From NCBI GenBank assembly GCA_040905565.1, contig JBBDRF010000080.1, positions 1-16,120 of the forward strand: 16,120 bases of DNA, read 5' to 3'. Every line of letters begins with the position of its first letter. Positions within the stretch are counted from its first letter, which is position 1. Source of the stretch: Phycisphaeraceae bacterium (GTDB lineage: Bacteria > Planctomycetota > Phycisphaerae > Phycisphaerales > Zrk34). The notes beneath the pieces were generated by a model that saw only the letters and a list, made by a program, of their open reading frames with translations, did no database searches and had not been told where the DNA came from. Positions 8,169-13,989 of the stretch are shown piece by piece. The position numbers and the translations under genes were made by a program.

Positions 8169-8861
8169 ATGACTGTTGTTCTCGCCATACGTTGCGCCGA
8201 TGGGTTGGTGCTTGCTGCCGACACGCAGATCACGGACAAAGATCGCGGGATGAGCTATCCCGGGCGCAAGCTGCACCCGCTTGGCAAGTATGGGGCGTGG
8301 GGCGGCAGCGGTGCGCGATCCGTATTGCTCGATTACGAGCATCACTTCAATGACGCGTCGGAGGCCATCCTCGCCTCTGATGACGTGGGGCGCGCTCTCC
8401 AGCAGCGGGCGCTGCCCATCATGCAGTACCACTACGATCATTTCATTGAAAACGTGCCCGGCGAAGCGTCGGCGGGAACGCCTTCCGCTTATCTGCTCGC
8501 CGCCGGTTACACCCACGATCAATCGTGGATTGTGGAGATCAACCCCAACGGCATGGTGAACCATTACGAAGACATCGGCTTCCATGCGATCGGCAGTGGC
8601 GCACCAATGGCACAGCAGGCGGGGGCCTTGCTGGCTCACTTTCGAATGGTCGAACGGGCGGTGGACTATGGCGTGGTGGCGGCGGTGCGCGTGCTGAGCG
8701 CCCTCAGCCAGACCTCCCCAAGCGTGGGCGGGGCGCTTGACGTTTGTCGCATTACCCCCGAAGGCGCCAAGCACCTCAGCGAAAAAGAGCTTGAGACGGT
8801 GCATAAGCAGGCGGCGAAGTGGCGAACAATCGAGCAACAGGCATTGGACAGCCTCTTCTGA
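8169..8861 (+). CDS. Stand-alone proteasome-beta-like Ntn (Thr) protease, 230 aa
   Basis: True start is probably ATG 8169 (SD CAGGAG), not 8061. After Met removal: Thr1, Asp17, Lys33 and Gly47 at canonical 20S-beta numbering, plus HAIGSG and SVGG motifs. Confidence 0.85.
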   Translation: MTVVLAIRCADGLVLAADTQITDKDRGMSYPGRKLHPLGKYGAWGGSGARSVLLDYEHHFNDASEAILASDDVGRALQQRALPIMQYHYDHFIENVPGEASAGTPSAYLLAAGYTHDQSWIVEINPNGMVNHYEDIGFHAIGSGAPMAQQAGALLAHFRMVERAVDYGVVAAVRVLSALSQTSPSVGGALDVCRITPEGAKHLSEKELETVHKQAAKWRTIEQQALDSLF

Positions 8862-8880
8862 GGACTTTCAATGGACGACA

Positions 8881-8906
8881 GAAGCCCACGGATTGCATCC
8901 GTGGGC
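8881..8906. repeat. Perfect palindrome (REP-like hairpin or bidirectional terminator)
   Basis: GCCCACGGAT (8884-8893)-TGC-ATCCGTGGGC (8897-8906), a 10-bp stem between convergent genes. Confidence 0.55.
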
Positions 8907-8939
8907 ATCGCTGTTTCACATGCAAGTTGCCCATATTGT

Positions 8940-9974
8940 TTACCGATCGAACTGTGCATCGAACGCAATGTCGCTGCGCTTGAAGTCCATGTCACGCACG
9001 AACGCGCAGGCCTCGGTCGCACCGTGCTCGCGGTCCATCCGGCTGTCTTCCCATTCGACGCTGAGCGGACCCGCATAGCCGACGTCGTTCAATGCGACGA
9101 TGATCTGCTCGAAGTCGACGTCGCCTCGGCCGGGGGAACGGAAGTCCCAGTACCGGCGCCGATCGGCAAACTCGGTGTGCCCGCCGAACACGCCCACCGT
9201 GCCGTCGCCCTTGTTCCACCATGCGTCCTTCACGTGGACGTGGTAGATGCGCTTGGCGAACGCGTAGATGAACTTGACGTAGTCGACGTGCTGATAGCCG
9301 AGGTGGCTGGGGTCGTAGTTGAAGCCGAAGCGTTTATGATTTTTGATGGCTTCAAGAGCCCGCTCGGCGCTGGCGATGTCAAAGGCGATCTCCGTCGGAT
9401 GCACTTCCAGCGCGAAGTTGACGTTGACGTTCTCGAATGCGTCGAGGATGGGCTTCCAGCGATTGGCGAAGTCGTCGTAGCCGCGCTGCAGGTAGTCCTG
9501 GCTGGTGGGGGGGAAGGCGTAGAGGGCGTGCCAGATGCTTGAGCCGGTGAAGCCGTTGACCACGGCGGGCTTGACGCCCCAGCTTTTCCTGTCCGGCCTG
9601 GCGTCCATGAACGCGCGGGCGGCTTTGGCGGTGTCGATCATGCGTTTGGCGGCCCGTTTGCGGACGCCTTCCGGATCGCCGTCGCCCCAGACGTCGTCGC
9701 CGAGGATCGTCTTGTGGCGATCGTCGATGTTGTCGCACACGGCCTGCCCGACGAGATGGTTGGAGATCGCGAAGCACGTCAGGTCGTGGTCGGCGAGCAT
9801 TTCCCACCGCTGCTTGACGTATTTTTTATCCTTCAGGGCTTGAGGCACGTCGAAGTGGTCGCCCCAGCAGGCGAGTTCCACGCCGTCGTAGCCGAACGCG
9901 GCGGCTTTCTGGCAAAGGTCCTCCAGCGGCAGGTCGGCCCACTGGCCGGTGAACAGCGTGACGGGTCGTCCCAT
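8940..9974 (-). CDS. Sugar phosphate isomerase/epimerase (xylose-isomerase-like TIM barrel, IolE/AP_endonuc_2 family)
   Basis: [20 protein letters not shown] and metal-ligand motifs ALEVHP, NYDPSH, HVHVKD, SVEWED; SD GGAGG. Confidence 0.9.
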   Translation of the reverse strand: MGRPVTLFTGQWADLPLEDLCQKAAAFGYDGVELACWGDHFDVPQALKDKKYVKQRWEMLADHDLTCFAISNHLVGQAVCDNIDDRHKTILGDDVWGDGDPEGVRKRAAKRMIDTAKAARAFMDARPDRKSWGVKPAVVNGFTGSSIWHALYAFPPTSQDYLQRGYDDFANRWKPILDAFENVNVNFALEVHPTEIAFDIASAERALEAIKNHKRFGFNYDPSHLGYQHVDYVKFIYAFAKRIYHVHVKDAWWNKGDGTVGVFGGHTEFADRRRYWDFRSPGRGDVDFEQIIVALNDVGYAGPLSVEWEDSRMDREHGATEACAFVRDMDFKRSDIAFDAQFDR

Positions 9975-10056
9975 GATGCGTTACCTCCCTCGGGTTGTGG
10001 AATGACAATTGAGGCGTAGTGTCGGGACTATGGGCGCGTTGAGCAAGTGAGTTGCT

Positions 10057-10164
10057 AAGGGGCCGAGGGGCCGAGGGGCCAAGGGGCCGAGGGGCCGAGT
10101 GAAAAGACAAAGGCGTACGCCCCTCTCCACTCGGCCCCGCGGCCCCTTGGCCCCTCGGCCCCTT
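10057..10164. repeat. Inverted octamer tandem repeat: (RAGGGGCC)x5-GAGTG, 26-nt loop, CACTC-(GGCCCCNN)x4
   Basis: Left arm 10057-10101 and right arm 10128-10164; about 36 bp can pair with a single internal mismatch. Confidence 0.9.
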
Positions 10165-10172
10165 TCTACGAT

Positions 10173-10201
10173 TTGGGCTTTGTCGAGGGGGGGCGTATGA
10201 T
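10173..10201 (+). promoter_or_regulatory. Putative sigma70-type promoter for ilvN
   Basis: TTGGGC (10173-10178)-17 nt-TATGAT (10196-10201), ending 8 nt before ATG 10210. Confidence 0.4.
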
Positions 10202-10209
10202 GTCGCGCC

Positions 10210-10818
10210 ATGAGCGAAACTTCCCCAATGTGGCGTCACGTGATCGCGGCGCTGGTGACGAATGAGCCGGGCGTGCTGGCGCAGGTGGCGGGCATGTTCG
10301 CCGCCCGCGGGTTCAACATCGACTCGCTGGTGGTCGGCCGGACGGACAACCCCGAACTGTCGCGGATGACCATTGTCGTCAACGGCGACGATGCCGTGCT
10401 CGAACAGGTCCGCAAGCAGCTGCAGAAGCTCGTGCCCGTGGTGAAAGTCGTCGACTACCAGGAGACGGCGTTCGTAGAGCGCGACCTGATGCTGGTGCAG
10501 GTGTCGGTGAACGACCCCCACAAACGACAGGAAATCATCACGCTGGCCGACCTGTTCCGCGCGAAGGTGGTGGACGTGGCGGCCGATCGGCTGATGATCG
10601 AGCTGGCCGGCACGGAGGACAAGATCGAGGCGTTCATCGACCTCGTTCAGCCGTACGGCATCGTGGAGTTGGCGCGCACAGGCATCATCGCTATGCCGCG
10701 CGGCCGCGCCGCCAGCAGCGACCGCCCCGCGCTCGCCACCGCCGCCCGCCGGGATCGTGGTCAGCAGGGCCCGCCTGGCGATAGCGGCGTGAACGACGCG
10801 GACCTGCCGCCAGGCTGA
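10210..10818 (+). CDS. ilvN: Acetolactate synthase small (regulatory) subunit
   Basis: ACT domain LVTNEPGVLAQVAGMFAARGFNIDSLVVG...SRMTIV; C-terminal domain ERDLMLV...FRAKVVDV...GIVELARTG. Confidence 0.93.
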   Translation: MSETSPMWRHVIAALVTNEPGVLAQVAGMFAARGFNIDSLVVGRTDNPELSRMTIVVNGDDAVLEQVRKQLQKLVPVVKVVDYQETAFVERDLMLVQVSVNDPHKRQEIITLADLFRAKVVDVAADRLMIELAGTEDKIEAFIDLVQPYGIVELARTGIIAMPRGRAASSDRPALATAARRDRGQQGPPGDSGVNDADLPPG

Positions 10819-10822
10819 TGCC

Positions 10823-10935
10823 ATCGCTGATCGCTGATTTCTGATCGCTGATTTTCGATTGCGCCCAGACAGCCGGCTAAGGTACAAAGCATGAATGCCT
10901 CAATCAGCAATCAGCAATCAGCAGCAATCAGCAAT
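10823..10935. repeat. Inverted heptamer tandem repeat: (ATCGCTG-like)x5 ... (CAATCAG)x4
   Basis: Left arm 10823-10861: ATCGCTG ATCGCTG ATTTCTG ATCGCTG ATTTTCG ATTG. Right arm 10901-10935: CAATCAG x3, CAG, CAATCAG, CAAT. Confidence 0.85.
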
Positions 10936-12723
10936 GCCCCCCTCACCCTCGCCCATGTCACGCACGAAGCGGTCGAGCAGCTCGGCGGCATCGGCACGGT
11001 GCTCGAAGGGCTCATCACCTCTCCGGTGTATCAGCAGGCGGTGAAGCGATCGATCCTCATCGGGCCCACCGCCACGCACATTCAGGCCGACGCCGCCAAC
11101 CGCCTCGGCGAGCACGGCGAGGTGCTCTACTCCTCCATCGACCAGATCGACAAGGTCGGCCTCGCGGGCAAGTTCCGCCCGGTGGAGTGGGCGTTCAACG
11201 TCGCCATCGTTTACGGCAAACGCTACTACGACCCGCCGGGCCAGGACCGCAAGGGCGAGTCCGAAGTGCTGCTGATCGACGTGTTCCGCGCCAACCCCGA
11301 TCGACTGAACGTGTTCAAACTCCGCCTGTGGGAGCGGTTCGGCATCGACAGCGGCCGATACGAAAAAAGCTGGGACTACGAAGAATACGTGCGCCTCGCC
11401 GAGCCGGCGTTTTACGCGTTGCAGGGGTTGCTCGGCGAAGACGACTGGCCGTGCGTGCTGTTCGCGCATGAGTTCATGGGCATGCCCGCCGCGCTGCAAG
11501 CCATCCTCGACGGCGGCGAACAGTTCCGCACCGTTTTTCACGCGCATGAGTGCGCCACCGCCCGCCGCCTGGTCGAGGACCACCCCGGCCACGACACGAT
11601 GTTTTACAACGTGCTGCGCAAAGCACGCGAGCAGGGCCAGTACGTCGACGAAGTGTTCGGCAGCCAGGACGCGTTCCTGCGTCACGCCCTCATCAGCCGG
11701 GCGCACCTGTGTGACGGCGTGATTGCCGTGGGCGATTACACGCGCGACGAACTGCACTTTCTCAACGAGCCGTTCGACGAGCACCCGGTGCAGCTGGTCT
11801 ACAACGGCATCCCCGCGCCGGTGGTGACGCTGGAACAGCGCAAGGCGAGTCGGGCGATGTTGACCGAGTATTCCAAGAAGCTCGTCGGCTATGAGCCGGA
11901 CGTGCTGATGACCCACGTCACCCGCCCGGTGGTGAGCAAGGGGCTGTGGCGCGACGTGAAGGTCTGCCACGAGTTGGATGCGAAGCTCAAGGCGAAGAAA
12001 AAGAAGGGCATTCTCTACATCCTCACCTCCGGCGGCGGTGTGCGGCGCCCGCAGGATGTGGCCCACATGGAGCAGCAGTACGGCTGGCCGCGCCACCACC
12101 GCCACGGCTTCCCCGACCTCGTCGGGCCGGAGGTGGACATCCACCACATGATCGAGCCGTTCAACGCGAGTCACGACAACCTGCAGATCGTGCTGGTCAA
12201 CCAGTTCGGCTGGTCGCGCGACCGCATCGGCCGGCGGCTGCCGAAGGACATGACCATCGCCGACTTCCGCCGGGCGACGGACGTGGAGTTCGGCATGGCG
12301 ACCTACGAGCCGTTCGGCATCAGCCCGCTCGAGCCGCTGGGCTCGGGGGCGGTGTGCGTGTTCTCGAACGTGTGCGGCTGCCGGGGCTTTGTGGATGCGG
12401 TGACGGACGGCGATCGGCCGGAGAATGTCATCGTCGCCGACTTTACCGAGATCGAAAGCGACGGCACGCTGCACCAGATGCTCGCCATCGACCAGACGCA
12501 GCGGGACGTGATCGAGGCCCGCGTCGCCCGCGAGGTGGCGGAGGCGTTGATCACCCGCATCCCGTTCACCGACAAGCAGCGGTCGGCCCTGATCAAGTCA
12601 GGCCAGGCATTGGTCAAGAAAATGGGTTGGGATCAGGTGGTCGAGCATCGCCTCGTCCCGCTGCTGCACGCCCTGCGCAGCGTCACGCCCGAGAATGGAA
12701 CCGCGCCGGCCCCGCAAGGCTGA
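10891..12723 (+). CDS. GT-B retaining glycosyltransferase, divergent GT3 (glycogen synthase)-like
   Basis: N-terminal HEAVEQLGGIGTV (compare GT3 WEVANKVGGIYTV), HEFMG, LVYNG, R....KG and the E-X7-E motif YEPFGISPLE. Confidence 0.7.
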   Translation: MNASISNQQSAAISNAPLTLAHVTHEAVEQLGGIGTVLEGLITSPVYQQAVKRSILIGPTATHIQADAANRLGEHGEVLYSSIDQIDKVGLAGKFRPVEWAFNVAIVYGKRYYDPPGQDRKGESEVLLIDVFRANPDRLNVFKLRLWERFGIDSGRYEKSWDYEEYVRLAEPAFYALQGLLGEDDWPCVLFAHEFMGMPAALQAILDGGEQFRTVFHAHECATARRLVEDHPGHDTMFYNVLRKAREQGQYVDEVFGSQDAFLRHALISRAHLCDGVIAVGDYTRDELHFLNEPFDEHPVQLVYNGIPAPVVTLEQRKASRAMLTEYSKKLVGYEPDVLMTHVTRPVVSKGLWRDVKVCHELDAKLKAKKKKGILYILTSGGGVRRPQDVAHMEQQYGWPRHHRHGFPDLVGPEVDIHHMIEPFNASHDNLQIVLVNQFGWSRDRIGRRLPKDMTIADFRRATDVEFGMATYEPFGISPLEPLGSGAVCVFSNVCGCRGFVDAVTDGDRPENVIVADFTEIESDGTLHQMLAIDQTQRDVIEARVAREVAEALITRIPFTDKQRSALIKSGQALVKKMGWDQVVEHRLVPLLHALRSVTPENGTAPAPQG

Positions 12724-12771
12724 GCGACTTTCGGCTGGTCCGCCGCCATCGCCTGCGCCGGTTCCTTCCGC

Positions 12772-12777
12772 TATAAT
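12772..12777 (+). promoter_or_regulatory. Consensus -10 box upstream of panD
   Basis: TATAAT in an otherwise GC-rich intergenic region, 38 nt before ATG 12816; -35 element weak. Confidence 0.5.
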
Positions 12778-12815
12778 GAGCAGTCCCGCGGACCTGAGAC
12801 CGCGAAAGGTGCCTG

Positions 12816-13214
12816 ATGCTGCGCAAGATGTTACGAGCAAAAATTCACCGAGCCACGATCACCCAGTGCGACCCGGATTATGTGGGATCGATCACCGTCG
12901 ATGCCGATCTGCTGCGCGCCAGCGGCATTCGCCCGAACGAGGCGGTGCTCGTGCTGGACATCGACAACGCGGTGCGGTTTGAGACGTACATCATCAAGGG
13001 TGAGCCCGGCTCGGGCATCATCGGCGTCAACGGCGCCGCCGCGAAGCTCGTCGAGCCGGGCCACAAGGTCATCATCGTCTGCTTCGGCCTGATGCAGGAA
13101 GACGCGCTCGATGCGCACCAGGCGAAGGTCATCATCTGCGACGAGCACAACCGCATCGCCGAGACGCTCGACTACGGCAGCACGCTGGACGAAGCGCTCG
13201 CGACGACGGGGTGA
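12816..13214 (+). CDS. panD: Aspartate 1-decarboxylase proenzyme
   Basis: KIHRATIT...YVG/SITVD self-cleavage site (Gly24-Ser25), RFETY, NGAAA; SD GAAAGG. Confidence 0.95.
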   Translation: MLRKMLRAKIHRATITQCDPDYVGSITVDADLLRASGIRPNEAVLVLDIDNAVRFETYIIKGEPGSGIIGVNGAAAKLVEPGHKVIIVCFGLMQEDALDAHQAKVIICDEHNRIAETLDYGSTLDEALATTG

Positions 13215-13223
13215 TCGAAGCTC

Positions 13224-13297
13224 TCGGCCCGCCCCACTTCAATGGGCGGGATTGGAGCAACAGCGCATTTTCCCGCCCACTGAAGTGGGCGGGCCGA
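13224..13297. repeat. REP doublet (REPIN-like): two inverted 27-28 nt palindromic REPs with a 19-nt spacer
   Basis: 13224-13251 TCGGCCCGCCCCACTTCAATGGGCGGGA and 13271-13297 (minus strand TCGGCCCGCCCACTTCAGTGGGCGGGA); each has a CCCGCCCAC-TTCA-GTGGGCGGG-type hairpin (perfect in the second copy). Confidence 0.85.
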
Positions 13298-13309
13298 AGG
13301 GGGAATGGC

Positions 13310-13936
13310 ATGGCGTTCTTCAAACGCATCCGGAAAGGATCGCGTTCACGACGTGAGCATTATCAAAGCAGCCACCGCTTCGAGCACTGGTATGCGGACA
13401 ATCAGGTCTATTTCATCACTGCCCGCTGCCGCGATCGCGTTCCAGCGTTTGCTTCCGAACAAGCCAAAGTCATCTTCTGGGATCGCTTCCGTTATTACAC
13501 GCACAAGTACGGGTTCATCCCTTGGGTGACAAGCCTTCTCGACAACCACTACCACACCCTCGGCTACATCTACAACGGCGAGAACCTCCCGCAGTTGATG
13601 CGCCATCTCCATGGTTCCGTTGCCAAGCTCGTGAACGACACGTACCCCCTTGGTCCGCCCGCTTCAGTGGGCGGGGAACCTCGCCCGTCCCGCCTCGTTC
13701 CCTTCTGGCGCGACACCAAGGGCCGTGAATACTTCGACGGCTGCATTCGCGATGAAAAGCAGTGTTGGCTTGCCTATCGCTACACCTTGACGCAGGCACG
13801 CCGACATGGTGTCAGCGATGCCCCTGCAACCTATCCGCACACACAGGCGCCGATCGACGTTGATCACGGCGTTCGTCGTGCGACGGAGGTGGGTGCATTT
13901 CTGGAGGCCCTGCCGTACAAGCGGTATAGGTCTTGA
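13310..13936 (+). mobile_element. REP-associated tyrosine transposase (RAYT/TnpA-REP, Y1 HUH family)
   Basis: YFITARC, HUH motif LDNHYHTL, FW...YFDGCIRDE and putative catalytic Tyr in YRYTLTQ; REP hairpins flank it on both sides. ATG 13310 follows AAGGGGG. Confidence 0.8.
13650..13676 (+). repeat. REP copy inside the RAYT coding sequence
   Basis: TTGGTCCGCCCGCTTCAGTGGGCGGGG, 23/27 identical to the REP consensus; translated in frame as LGPPASVGG. Confidence 0.8.
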
Positions 13937-13938
13937 GC

Positions 13939-13965
13939 CCTCGCCCAATGAAGCGGGCGGGCCGA
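13939..13965 (-). repeat. REP copy just downstream of the RAYT stop codon
   Basis: Minus strand TCGGCCCGCCCGCTTCATTGGGCGAGG, 23/27 identical to the consensus. Confidence 0.8.
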
Positions 13966-13977
13966 TCGGGCTCGTCG

Positions 13978-13983
13978 TAGAAT
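13978..13983 (+). promoter_or_regulatory. Putative -10 (TAGAAT) for a leaderless histidine kinase mRNA
   Basis: TAGAAT-GTCCGC-ATG (13990); no SD. Confidence 0.4.
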
Positions 13984-13989
13984 GTCCGC

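Noticed and set aside
8871..9542. 223-aa plus-strand ORF just after the protease gene
   Set aside because: Almost entirely antisense to the isomerase, with typical shadow-frame composition.
10057..10935. Possible CRISPR array
   Set aside because: Units are 7-8 nt tandem repeats without spacers; no cas genes in the window.
9826..12474. Minus-strand ORFs of 353 and 518 aa
   Set aside because: Antisense to ilvN and the glycosyltransferase; the first reads through the repeat elements.
12781..12815. Riboswitch or pan-motif RNA upstream of panD
   Set aside because: Only a 5-bp stem (CGCGG/CCGCG) in a leader of about 30 nt; too short to support the call.
13211..13309. GTG-initiated N-terminal extension of the RAYT
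   Set aside because: Reads through the REP doublet; ATG 13310 has a purine-rich SD-like run. Not fully excluded, because the GTG overlaps the panD stop (GTGA).
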